Below are positions 1 through 10,995 of a stretch of 64,000 bases of DNA, piece by piece. Positions within the stretch are counted from its first letter, which is position 1. Every line of letters starts with the position of its first letter. The notes under the pieces are model-generated. The model searched no databases. It was given only the letters and a program-made list of their open reading frames with translations, and was not told the origin of the DNA. The translations under genes and the position numbers were made by a program. The DNA lies in NCBI RefSeq assembly GCF_001194135.2, contig NC_069008.1, positions 12,751,044 to 12,815,043 of the forward strand. Reading direction: 5' to 3'. The DNA comes from Octopus bimaculoides (taxonomy: Eukaryota).

Positions 1-295
1 TACCAACGAAACCGCGGCGGTTGCCAGAGAAAGGGGACCCCCACACTGTAGGTGATAATGGACTCTGCTTTTGAGATGATTTAAGTCATATTGTTATCAT
101 ATAGAGAGTTTGGTAAGATATGATAGATTTTCTTTATTGGAATAAGCAAAACCATTCATGGTTTCTGGATTAAGATAGAAGCCAATAAACGGGTACGGAT
201 TAAAAGTAAAATTGGGTGATGTCCGAAATTCTATTCTGTATTTTAAGTAAAACTTTCGAAAATCCAGTGCATTTAACAGTGACTGCATATTTCGA

Positions 296-299
<4 letters not shown>

Positions 300-345
<46 letters not shown>
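300..345. repeat. (TA)n microsatellite
   Basis: Near-pure TA run. Confidence 0.95.
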
Positions 346-384
346 ATACGTCCATATTTTTTCTTGGAGCTTCTAAACAGAAAC

Positions 385-531
385 TAAGTACAGTTCGTCG
401 TTTGTGTCTCCGAGTCGGTTTTTGTAATTTCTGTTGTGAAAGTTTACTTCGTGTTGAATGGCGCCTTGTAACAGACATTTGGTGTAATTGAAGACATGTC
501 ACTATGAACACAGATTTATGTTGCATAACAG
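385..531 (+). other. Putative non-coding first exon of ZNF-A1 (donor CAG|GTAAGA at 531/532)
   Basis: Aligns by eye with 23345-23552 (+) and 19892-20060 (-). Shared motifs CCGAGTCGG, TTGTGAAAGTTTACTT and GAATGGCG; all three end in GCATAACAG|GTAAGAT. Confidence 0.7.
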
Positions 532-1074
532 GTAAGATGTAATAATTCAGATATTTTAGTAAATGTAGTTGGACACGGGCAATGTAAAACTTTTTGCTGT
601 TGCGAGTCGGACATTGATATTGATTCTATTCTCCACCCCTATTATTAAACAGATTTATACATAACAACCCATGTGTGAAAAATTGCTATTTTGAACCCTC
701 GTCGTTATTTTTGAAATACCTTCCATGCGGTGTACATTACGATCCTATTGGAAGAAATTAGAGTGGCGATAATTCACTTTCTGAAATCAAATGCAGAAAG
801 AAAGGTTTGTTTATTATCTGACTTCACCGTAAACTTTGTCTTCACATTCAATTCCGACATAATCGTAATCTACACTATCAAAAACATGTTTATGGAAAGT
901 ATGTTGCTTTTTCTTTTGCTAATGTTACTGGAACGTAAGTCGAGCTGTGAGGCGGAGAAAAACGCTAAGACACTAACAGATACGGGCATAAACATCTCTT
1001 TATCTTGTTTCAGTCGTTCGACTCCGGCTATGCCTTCGTATTGACTTGCTGGGTTTTAGGCATACCTCCATATG

Positions 1075-1190
1075 TGTGTGTACGTCCCCACCGATTGTGT
1101 TTCTGAATAACTTTAAGAAAAATAGATATTTTTCAATGAAAGTTTCTACAAATACGCCTCAGATGGTGTAGATTTCGATTATATACATAT
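1075..1190. repeat. Unclassified dispersed repeat (cataact..gaaaaatggatatttt unit)
   Basis: Similar to 32225-32400 and, inverted, to 19690-19760. Confidence 0.5.
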
Positions 1191-1235
1191 GATCAAACTG
1201 ACTACAAAGAGGCTAGGGTGTCTGCATTGGCAAGA

Positions 1236-1545
1236 CATCATCATCGTTTAACATCCGCCTTCCATGCTGGCATGGGTTGGATGGTTTGACAGGAGCTGGC
1301 CAGGTAGAATACTACCTCAGGCTACTGTGTCTGTTTTGTCATGGTTTTTATGGTTGCATACCCTTCATAAGAGCAACCACTTTGCAGAATGCTTTTTACA
1401 TGGTACTATACACAGGCAATGTCTGTTTTGGCATGGTTTTTACTGCTGGATGCCCTTCCAAATGCCATCCTCTTCACAGTGTGAACTGGGTTATTTTTAC
1501 ATGGCACCAGCACTGGCAGGGTTGCCAAGTAGCAGTGCAAGACAA
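1236..1545 (-). mobile_element. RTE-type LINE 3' UTR fragment
   Basis: Begins catcatcatcgtttaacatccgccttccatgctggcatgggttgg, the reverse complement of the tail that follows RTE ORF remnants elsewhere in the window. Confidence 0.75.
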
Positions 1546-1719
1546 GGAATTTTTTAGAGGAATATTATGTAGTAAAGTCAAAAAGAATACAATGAATGAG
1601 TCTGAAGAAGGACACTGTCCAAAACGGATTTTGCACCCCCCACAACTAGTTCGCTGTAATATTTTCATTGATTATTCATATGTGTGTGTGAAATAAACAT
1701 CACAGATGCTTTGCCTCAT

Positions 1720-2510
1720 GCAGAAGCTGCAGGAGTTACTCTGATATTTTGCAAGCTCTTCTGAATCCATTGCAATGCTGGAAACTCTATCGTGTCATCA
1801 CCAAGTATCTTACGGTCATAAGCATTTTGCCCCTTTGCCTATACACTTCACCTCAGTGGGGTAACAAGAACTGAACTAGTCTTCACCTATAGAAGAGTTC
1901 CACTTGCAGTCTCTTATTAACCATAGCTGCTGCCATACTCGTCTCCTTAATGGCTTTTTTCAGTTGTCTGGGTTCCAGACCTATCTTCTGCAGGAAATAG
2001 CTCAGTGACCTGGATGGCTCTACAAGTTTGACCACGAATTCCTGGAGAGCAGGAGCATGTCTGATCAGAGTGATGTTACCACTATCTTCTGGTTAGAATA
2101 CAAAATAGAAAATGGGTCTCTTACCCTTTGGTGGTGGCAATAACTGGTGTTTATTAGCCTTCACCCTTCGCAGATCAGTCCACTTGGCAATTTCTTCAAG
2201 GACCTTGTCATGTCTCAATTTCTATTGGGCAGTCCCTAGTGCCTTTGAGTATCCAATCAAAATGTAGTTCAAAGTGCAAAGAATTGCTCTGCACTGCTTG
2301 CAGGATGGGTCTCTTTTTTTTTTGTTTTTGTATACCCTACATTTTAATGTTATTTAGGATTGGCAAGCAGTCAGCAATAGTATGAAGGAAGGACAAACTC
2401 CTTTGTTGCTCCAGAGTTCCTTCCAGGACAGTGGGTGCTCAAGTGCCTGGTCCCACTATATCCATTGACCCTGGTGGGGTCCTACTGCCTTCACGCAGCT
2501 ATCCTTCTCT
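1720..2510 (-). mobile_element. Degenerate HERO/NeSL-like (RLE-type) non-LTR retrotransposon, C-terminal region
   Basis: Manual minus-strand translation gives KAVGPHQGQWI*WDQALEHPLSWKELW and DPSCKQCRAILCTLNYILIGYSKALGTAQ*KLRHDKVLEEIAKW, the CCHC-knuckle/RHD region of RLE LINEs. Contains stops and frameshifts. Confidence 0.65.
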
Positions 2511-2549
2511 GTTGAATCATGGGTCCTTTGCACTGCGAGCTCTCTCATA

Positions 2550-2580
<31 letters not shown>

Positions 2581-2809
2581 GAGTGTGTTTGAAGGATTCA
2601 TTAAGAATCACGTCACATCAACATGTAAGACACCACCAATTGGCTAGATAACAATACACAGCGTAGACAGTGAAATAATCCATCATCGTAGGCATCAATT
2701 ATACCAACTAAATACTGTTGTTAGGTAATTCTCAATTCCAATTATTTACCAATGATAAAATTCCTTGCATGTAAGTGAATGTATTTATTGCTAGTATGGA
2801 CATGACAGA

Positions 2810-3812
2810 TCATCATCATCATCATCATCATCATCATTTAACGTCCGCTTTCCATGCTAACATGGGTTGGACGATTTGACTGAGGACTGGTGAAACCGGA
2901 TGGCAACACCAGGCTCCAATCTAATTTGGCAGAGTTTCTACAGCTGGATGCCCTTCCTAATGCCAACCACTCAGAGAGTGTAGTGGGTGCTTTTACGTGT
3001 CACCCGCACGAAAACGGCCACGCTCGAAATGGTGTCTTTTATGTGCCNNNNNNNNNNNNNNNNNNNNNNNNNNNNNNNNNNNNNNNNNNNNNNNNNNNNN
3101 NNNNNNNNNNNNNNNNNNNNNNNNNNNNNNNNNNNNNNNNNNNNNNNNNNNNNNNNNNNNNNNNNNNNNNNNNNNNNNNNNNNNNNNNNNNNNNNNNNNN
3201 NNNNNNNNNNNNNNNNNNNNNNNNNNNNNNNNNNNNNNNNNNNNNNNNNNNNNNNNNNNNNNNNNNNNNNNNNNNNNNNNNNNNNNNNNNNNNNNNNNNN
3301 NNNNNNNNNNNNNNNNNNNNNNNNNNNNNNNNNNNNNNNNNNNNNNNNNNNNNNNNNNNNNNNNNNNNNNNNNNNNNNNNNNNNNNNNNNNNNNNNNNNN
3401 NNNNNNNNNNNNNNNNNNNNNNNNNNNNNNNNNNNNNNNNNNNNNNNNNNNNNNNNNNNNNNNNNNNNNNNNNNNNNNNNNNNNNNNNNNNNNNNNNNNN
3501 NNNNNCAACTGTTAGGGTGTGGCACTTTTTCACGCAGCTATCCTCATCCATTCTCACCACATGTCCATACTAGCGCAATCGTCTCTCTTGCACACCACAA
3601 CTGATGCTTCTAATGTTCAGCTTTTCTCTCAAGATACTTACACTCTGACGGGTATTCACATTGACATTACACATCCAACGGAGCATACTGGCTTCATTCC
3701 TTGCGAGCTTACGCATGTCCTCAGCAGTCACAGCCCATGTTTCACTGCCATGTAGCATGGCTGTTTGTACGCATGCATCATACAGTCTGCCTTTTACTCT
3801 GAGTGAGAGTCC
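2810..3812 (-). mobile_element. RTE-type LINE, 5'-truncated, interrupted by an assembly gap
   Basis: ORF 3570-3758 (MLHGSETWAVTAEDMRKL...ERRLR) and RMDEDSCVKKCHTLTV, followed by the 3' UTR and a (GAT)n tail at 2810-2836. Confidence 0.85.
3048..3505. other. Assembly gap (N run)
   Basis: N bases. Confidence 1.
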
Positions 3813-4270
3813 CTTAGGACAATATTTCTAGCTAGATACATATTGTTAAGAAGACATTGAAATTTAATTCTACAATTGCATAATGCAGGAGGTGAATGGA
3901 TAATATGGGTATCAGTAAAAGGAATGTTGTATGTAGGTAGCATCACTACATTCATTAATTTCACTCCTGTTATCCATGATCAAATTAGAGGCAAAGGGAT
4001 CATAATCATTTTGAATACTATAGTTATTACTGGAATACCAAGTGTTTGTTACCACCAATGCTATCAATTAACCTAGTAGTCTCTAATTCCCACCAATATT
4101 GTCATTGTTGCCCCTATTACTATCACCATTATCAGTATTTCTGTTGTCGGTGTCATTGTTGATTTGATTCATGCCATTATCCCTGTTAATAATTGCTAGC
4201 ACTATATTATACACTAGCTTTGGTGTAGTAGAAACAGAAATTCTTGTTTTACATTTATTAAAAATGCTAT
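3813..4270 (-). mobile_element. Penelope-like element fragment (Naiad-like RT/GIY-YIG linker)
   Basis: Minus strand reads IFNKCKTRISVSTTPK, then an Asn-rich linker, then LCNCRIKFQCLLNNMYLARNIVL. This resembles the IFN..K+SYS and CNC..C motifs of Naiad-type PLEs. Confidence 0.55.
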
Positions 4271-4625
4271 AATATGTATATGACATTAGACAATAAATTA
4301 AATATTTTTCCCCTCCATAATCTGCACCTTAGTTGATTGACAGCTCTTGAACACACCCACTTGTTTATATATTCATATTCCACCTTTAAAATCCCACTAG
4401 CTGCTCTACCTGAAATGTGTGTGTGTATACATACATACACACACATGTACATATATATCATGAACTAACTATTACTTTCTCAGATGCAGCACAGAATTTT
4501 GTCAGTGAACAGGTCGCGGTCTCAAAGCGACGAAAATATTTTGACAAATCAAATTTAAATGTTGAAGTGAATCTAACGGATTTTGTGTGTTATTTTAAAT
4601 GGCTTATAAACACCTTCCACGCTGC

Positions 4626-4628
<3 letters not shown>

Positions 4629-4698
<70 letters not shown>
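4629..4698. repeat. (TA)n microsatellite
   Basis: About 70 bp TA run. Confidence 0.95.
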
Positions 4699-4702
<4 letters not shown>

Positions 4703-4740
4703 TGTATATGTGTATGTATAAATATGTGTGTGCAATTACA

Positions 4741-4905
4741 CACACACAACATGCTTCCACACAGATACCATCTGCCCAATCCACTCACAAGGCTTTAGTC
4801 AGTCCGAGGCTATAGTAGGAGACACTTGCCCAAGATGTCAGACAATGGAATTAAATCCAAGATCAAATAGTTGGAAACTAAGTTTCTTAACCACCCTCCC
4901 ACATC
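4741..4905 (-). mobile_element. tRNA-derived SINE (abundant cephalopod type), 5' part
   Basis: Diverged match to the intact copy at 49940-50306. Confidence 0.7.
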
Positions 4906-4906
4906 T

Positions 4907-4943
<37 letters not shown>

Positions 4944-5007
4944 CATATATATCTACACTATTATAATTTACATCTTCCAAAGAGAGGAAAATAGTTCAGT
5001 TGTCCAG

Positions 5008-5116
5008 GTAAATGTTTATTTCTACAGCTTATCTCTATAAGAAATATACTAAAATTTATTCTGTTATATTTTAAGACTTCCCTATATCTTACACTGTTGT
5101 TTCTCTACTATTGCAG
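5008..5116 (+). other. Putative 109-bp 5'-UTR intron of ZNF-A1
   Basis: CCAG|GTAAAT...TTGCAG|AATAAC. GT-AG segments of identical 109-bp length occur at 18532-18640 (-) and 23992-24100 (+). Confidence 0.55.
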
Positions 5117-5518
5117 AATAACAAATGACATTGGCATCAAAGAATTGTATCATTTAAAGACTAAAGGAAAATGTTATACAGGACAGATATGAATCTTTTT
5201 ATATAAATCTCTGACAAATTACAGGCAAATATTTTTTTCTAAATTGAGATTATTAATTATAATTCTTTACTTGACTGTCCAGAATGTGTACAAGATTATA
5301 TTGAATGTGAATTAAACTTGGATGGATTTCAAAAGAAGTTTGCAACCTACATCATATACCAGCAAAGATCACAGTAGTATAAGTGTTTATTAGCAAGAAA
5401 ATATATGTCAAAAGAAGATAAACATTCCGAAATTGTGGTGAAAAAAAGTGAAGATGAATAATGTGTGAATAAGTTTAAATATAAAAGACTGTTTAAAAGT
5501 ATTGATTTTCCTGGTAAA

Positions 5519-6889
5519 ATGAATAAAAAGAAACAAAAAACATCATCATACCACTGTGATATTTGTGGGAAATCATTCTCTGGAAGTGCTAACTTAGCAA
5601 AACACAAATGTACTGGTGCAGGAGAAAAACCATACCACTGTGATATCTGTGGAAAATCATTTTCTGAACGTTGTAACTTAAGAACACACAAACGTATTCA
5701 TACAGGAGAGAAACCATATCGCTGTGATATTTGTGGTAGATTATTCTCTGTAAGTAGTGTCTTAACTAATCACAGACGTATTCATACAGGAGAGAAACCA
5801 TATCAGTGTGATATCTGTGGCAAATCGTTCTCTCAGAGAGGTATCTTAACTAATCACAAACATATTCACACAGGAGAGAAACCATTTCAGTGTGATATTT
5901 GCAGTAAATCGTTCTCTGAAAGTCGATTCTTAACGACACACAAACGTATTCATACAGGGGAGAAGCCATATTGCTGCGATATCTGTGGTAAATCATTCTC
6001 TGTCAGAGGTACCTTAACTAATCACAAACGTATTCATACAGGAGAGAAACCATATTCTTGTGATATCTGTGGTAAACCATTCTCTGAAAAAGGTACCTTA
6101 ACTAAACACAAACGTATTCACACAGGAGAGAAACCATATAAGTGTGATATCTGTGGTAAATCATTCTCTGGAAATAGTTGCCTAACTGAACACAAACGTA
6201 TTCACACAGGAGAGAAACCATATTACTGTGATATTTGTGGTAAATCATTCTCTCGAAATGGTTACTTAACTGAACACAAACATATTCATACAGGAGAGAA
6301 ACCTTACCGTTGTGATATCTGTGGTAAGTCGTTTGCTCTTAAAGAACACTTAACTAAACACAGACGTATTCATACAGGAGAGAAGCCATATTGCTGTGAT
6401 ATCTGTGGAAAATCATTCTCCCGATGTAGTGATTTAACTAAACACAAACGTATTCACACAGGAGAGAAACCATATTGCTGTGATATCTGTGGCAAATCAT
6501 TCTCTCGAAATTCTCACTTGAATGAACACAAACGAAGTCATACAGGAGAGAAGCCATATCACTGTGACATCTGTGGTAAATCATTCTCTCATGGAACTAA
6601 CATAGCTATACACAAACGTATTCATACTGGAGAAAAACCCTATCACTGTGATATCTGTGGTAAGTCGTTCTCTCAAAATGGTGAATTAGCCTCTCACAAA
6701 CGTATTCATACTGGAGAGAAACCCTATCACTGTGATGTCTGTGGTAAATCATTCTCTCAAAAAAATCAGTCAACTACACATAAACGTATTCATACTGGAG
6801 AGAAGCCATATCAGTGTGATATGTGTGGGAAATCATTCTCTCAAAGGATCCATTTAATGAAACATGTTGGTATTCATGTACGGCAGTAA
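5519..6889 (+). CDS. C2H2 zinc-finger protein ZNF-A1, 456 aa, 16 tandem fingers (first lacks its second His)
   Basis: [21 protein letters not shown] repeats. ATG at 5519 ([12 protein letters not shown]) matches paralog starts MNKEKGKT; the ORF-track start at 5465 is a GTG. Confidence 0.92.
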   Translation: MNKKKQKTSSYHCDICGKSFSGSANLAKHKCTGAGEKPYHCDICGKSFSERCNLRTHKRIHTGEKPYRCDICGRLFSVSSVLTNHRRIHTGEKPYQCDICGKSFSQRGILTNHKHIHTGEKPFQCDICSKSFSESRFLTTHKRIHTGEKPYCCDICGKSFSVRGTLTNHKRIHTGEKPYSCDICGKPFSEKGTLTKHKRIHTGEKPYKCDICGKSFSGNSCLTEHKRIHTGEKPYYCDICGKSFSRNGYLTEHKHIHTGEKPYRCDICGKSFALKEHLTKHRRIHTGEKPYCCDICGKSFSRCSDLTKHKRIHTGEKPYCCDICGKSFSRNSHLNEHKRSHTGEKPYHCDICGKSFSHGTNIAIHKRIHTGEKPYHCDICGKSFSQNGELASHKRIHTGEKPYHCDVCGKSFSQKNQSTTHKRIHTGEKPYQCDMCGKSFSQRIHLMKHVGIHVRQ

Positions 6890-6930
6890 CTGTATCAGTA
6901 TAAAAGTTCTGGTTGTCAAGGATAATTTCA

Positions 6931-9700
6931 CCCTCCCTCTGACTGGTTAACCATGTATCTCCTCTATAACAACACACCTATTCTGGCCTCAGTCTTGATC
7001 ACTCTCTTTGATCTGGTAACCATTTATCTCTTCTCTGTCACACACTAACCTTTCATCACATTACCTGGTCACCTGGTACAAGATCACCTTCTCCAATGCC
7101 CCCTTCTTGCCATCACCTACACCTGCATTCACACCTTCTCACCATGCCTGGCCTCCATTCCTTCCTTCTGCACCTCTACTTTCTTCTCTCCCATTTTCTT
7201 TCCAACTTTCTTCCCCGGTGCCTGCAACCCTCTATACAACTCTCTCATTCTCTTTTTAAATAAAACCCGCCACTCCAGCTATCTCTCTTTCCATCACCGT
7301 TGCCTCCATCATCATGTCACACCCCATAGCTTCAAGGGACCTATACAGGGAGGAAGCGCTCAGTCAACTTTTTGAACTCCCTCTTCTATTGCCTTCTCCT
7401 CTCCGACCCCACCCTCTCCAACCAGCAGCACGTGTCCTCCACCATCCATGACCTCATCTCATCTTCTGCCTCCCTTCTACTGCCACCAACCTCATTGTCC
7501 AAACACCCCATATCTCCACCATGTATTTCCTTCCCAAAATACACAAACCCAACAACCCAGGCTGCCCCATTGTTTCCGCCTGTAACTGCCCCACAAAACT
7601 CATTTCAAAATATCTCAACCTCATCCTGTCCCCTTTAGTTGCTGATCTGTCTCATTAACGACACCAACCATGCCCTTTGCCTCTTCAATTCCTTCTCCTT
7701 CCCTCCCAGCCCTTCATGCTTCATTTTAACCTGGGACATAAAATTACTAGATACTATGATCCTCCACAACGACGGTCTCTTAGCCCTCGAATACTTCCTC
7801 GACTGTTGCCCCGACCACACATCCAGCACCTCCACCCTTCTCACCCTCAACTGCTTTATGTTCACAGGAGAGATTTATCAGCAGGTCTCTCGTGTTGCTA
7901 TGAGAAGAAGAATGGGCCCCAATCTTGTCAACTTATTTGTTGGTTACACTGAGACCCAAATCTTCTCACAATTCTTTGGACCGACCCCAGAGCTGTGCGG
8001 TTGCTATATAGATGACTGTATAAGTGACACCTCCCGCTTCTGCAAGCAGCTCTCCAGTTTCATCTCCTTCATTTCTAACTTCCACCCTTCTCTTGAATTT
8101 ACCTCTACCTTCGCTGACACTTCTGTAAACTTCTTGGATATCTCTCTCACCACCTATGCCTTCCATCCTATGGACTCCCACCTCTGCCTCAACTTTTCCT
8201 CCTCCCATCCCTCCCACACCAACTGGGCCATCCCAGTTCCTCTGCCTCTGACACCTGTGCAGTGGGGACAAGGATTTCAAAACCTAGTCTGAATACCTGG
8301 CCCACTTGTTCATACGTTGTGGATACCCATCCACCCTTGCCTAAACTACTCTTATCCATGCTTGTCAAATCGATCGCACTCTCCTTCCCCACACTGATCC
8401 CCTTTTCCATCCCTCCACTCTACCCCTTCGTCAGAGGATCCTGCAGGCCTTCCGTCGCCTCCAGCTAAATCCCACCACCCGCCCTTGCCCTCCTTCAAAC
8501 TCGCCCGTAACCTACGCGATCTTCTGGTCTGTAGCACCCTCCCCCCTCCATTCCAATCCCACCCAGATCCTTTCCTTGCTCCAAATCCCATTGCCACCTC
8601 TGTCACTTCATCACTAACACCTCCTCCTTCACCGTACCCAACTAGCACACCCTCTACATTAGGAACTCCTCCTGCACTTCTTCCAGCCTTATTTATTGCA
8701 TCAGGTGTAATCTCTGCAACAAACTTTACATTGGCCAGACAGGCCACCGGCTAGCCAACCGGTACATCAGACATCTACGAGATATTTGTCTACGTACAAA
8801 CACCCCTGTTGCCCGTCATTTTCGCTTGGCCAACCAGTTCACTTCCAATAACACCGTCTTCAGCCTTGCCCTTCACAATGGACCCACCAGTTTTCACTCT
8901 ACATACCCAAACTCCTTTCTGACTCAACTCAACCTCATCCTCTCAGTGACTGTTCCTATAAACTTTTAAAAAAAACTTTTTACCTTGTCTTATTTTTTTA
9001 TTATTTCGTTTATCTCTTATTCAGTTTTTTTGATTTTTTTATCATTTATTCTTTTATTTGGTTATTTATTATTGGTTTATTCTGATTTTTTTATCTTTTA
9101 AAAATTTAGTTATTTTAACTTTCATTTATTTATTTCTCTTACTGATTTGTTCACATAATCTTTTTCCTTTGTTTTTATTTTATCAACTTTTATTTATTGT
9201 TTATCATTTTTTATTAATAATTGTATTTTCATATTTTATATTCCCATACCACACACCACATACCCTGCTCACCACACACGTGCACACACTCATCCATATT
9301 CACCCATTCACACAACCTTCAGACTACCCCAACTCACTATTGACCATTCCATCTATACACACATGCTAAAACACACACACACACACACACACCTGTCGCT
9401 ATAGCTCCTGACCTCTCACTACAACATTACACACACAGACACACACCAACCATTCTTCACACTCTCCTGTCCCAGAAAGTACTTTCTCTTTGTCCTACTT
9501 CCAGTCATTTGAAAAATGTAATTACACATGGACTGTCTGTGACTTTTTTTTCCTCCTTCCTTTTCTTGTGGACTTTCCTATGTTTTCTGTTTCTGAAGAA
9601 GAGCTGTGTTCAAAACATAAGTTTCCTTCTCTAAGCATCGTATTAATACTTACATGTGCTATGTCTTCATGTTATTTTTTTCTTGTCTTTTTCTCCGTTT
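6931..9700 (+). mobile_element. Penelope-like element (RT + GIY-YIG), degenerate, inserted just 3' of ZNF-A1
   Basis: RT motifs YFLPKIHKP, VAMRRRMGPN (GVAMG-type), CYIDD, NFHPSLEFT, NFLD, SSHP. GIY-YIG motif SLIYCIRCNLCNKLYIGQTGHRL at ~8690-8760. Multiple frameshifts. Confidence 0.85.
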
Positions 9701-9719
9701 TTTTTTTTTTTTCAATTAA

Positions 9720-10100
9720 ATATGTATAAACTTAAATCTTAAATGTGTAGAAGATGGTATTTTTAGAATATTAAATAGTATTTTTAATAAAAGATATAAA
9801 TGTATATCTTTAAAGAATGGTAATGGTTTCTTGTATAAGGGATATACTAATATAAGTAAAAGAAAAATGAAAGGAACGGTTAGTTTTATTATTAATAATT
9901 CCTTTGTAATGTTTGCGGGTAGGGTATTTGAGCAGGTTAGGGGGATTCCAATGGGTGGCAATTATTGGTGGACCTTTATCTTTCTTCATGCGAGTTCCTT
10001 TTATTTAAAGACCTATGTGCTAGGAAATGTATGTAGTGTTTTATTATTAACTTTTGAATGATGAAATAATGTATTTCACACATAATTGTTATTAGTTAAA
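9720..10100 (+). mobile_element. Second, AT-rich Penelope-like RT fragment (GIPMG type)
   Basis: FIINNSFVMFAGRVFEQVRGIPMGGNY in ORF 9831-10061. Confidence 0.65.
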
Positions 10101-10754
10101 TTAATTTCAATTATGTTTGTTTTGTTTTGGAGAGATTTATATAAAGCTTTAACTTTCATTATATTAGTAACTATGGAAGACTGGTGGGATTATTATTTGT
10201 ATGGACTTATAGATTGGTCCAGATTTAGTATATAATTTAGTTATTGCAGTTTGATATTAATACCGATACAATGTACATTGGTTTATATGTTTTTTATTGT
10301 AGTTTATTAAAGTTTAATCCTGCCTATAAATTGATTTATTGAATGAATGTGGTTGTTAAGCTTTCACTTTTTATATTATACTACGGAAGACAGTAGGGAT
10401 TATAATTTTTGTATGACTTAATAGATTTGTTGCTGTTTAATTACGTATTTAGGAGTTGGTTGTAATTTATTTATTGAATTTATTTACTGATACTGTTGTA
10501 CATAGGGTAAATGTATTTGAAAGTTGTAATTTATTTGGTTTGTTTGTTCCCAAACAACACTTATCTTATTGTTGTTGACACTGCCGGATTGAATGGTACT
10601 GCCCTGGTGTTGAAACCATAATGATATCTGTGGGGCAGCTGATGATGGAGGTATGTTGCATTGTTGGTATGGCTGTTTTTGTATATGTGGAATAGTATTA
10701 TAACACATCCTTTTGATATATACACACATGCATAGTTTGATATGATGATGATGA

Positions 10755-10995
10755 TCATCATCATCATCGTTGTTTAACGTCCGCTTTCCATGCTAGCATG
10801 GGTTGGACGATTTGACTGAGGACTGGTGAAACCAGATGGCTACACCAGGCTCCAATCTAATTTGGCAGAGTTTCTACAGCTGGATGCCCTTCCTAACGCC
10901 AACCACTCTGAGAGTGTAGTGGGTGCTTTTACGTGCCACCGGCATGAAGGCCAGTCAGGCGGTACTGGCAATGGCCACGCTCAAATGGTGTTTTT
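10755..10995 (-). mobile_element. RTE-type LINE 3' end
   Basis: Near-identical to 2810-3047. Confidence 0.85.

Noticed and set aside
4417-4943. YIYIYI-type ORFs (also 216-491, 15813-16088, 55096-55581)
   Set aside because: Translations of (TA)n microsatellites.
5465-5518. 18-aa N-terminal extension of ZNF-A1 and the extra Met of B2 at 42876
   Set aside because: Both start at GTG; paralog alignment places the ATG at 5519 and 42879.
5550-6880. Regular 84-bp periodicity that could be mistaken for a CRISPR array or satellite
   Set aside because: It is the coding repeat of C2H2 fingers in an open frame. There is no spacer/repeat structure and no cas genes, and the context is eukaryotic.
10742-10767. 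Perfect 26-bp palindrome (GAT)n(CAT)n
   Set aside because: An RTE tail microsatellite abutting its complement; low complexity, with no evidence of function.
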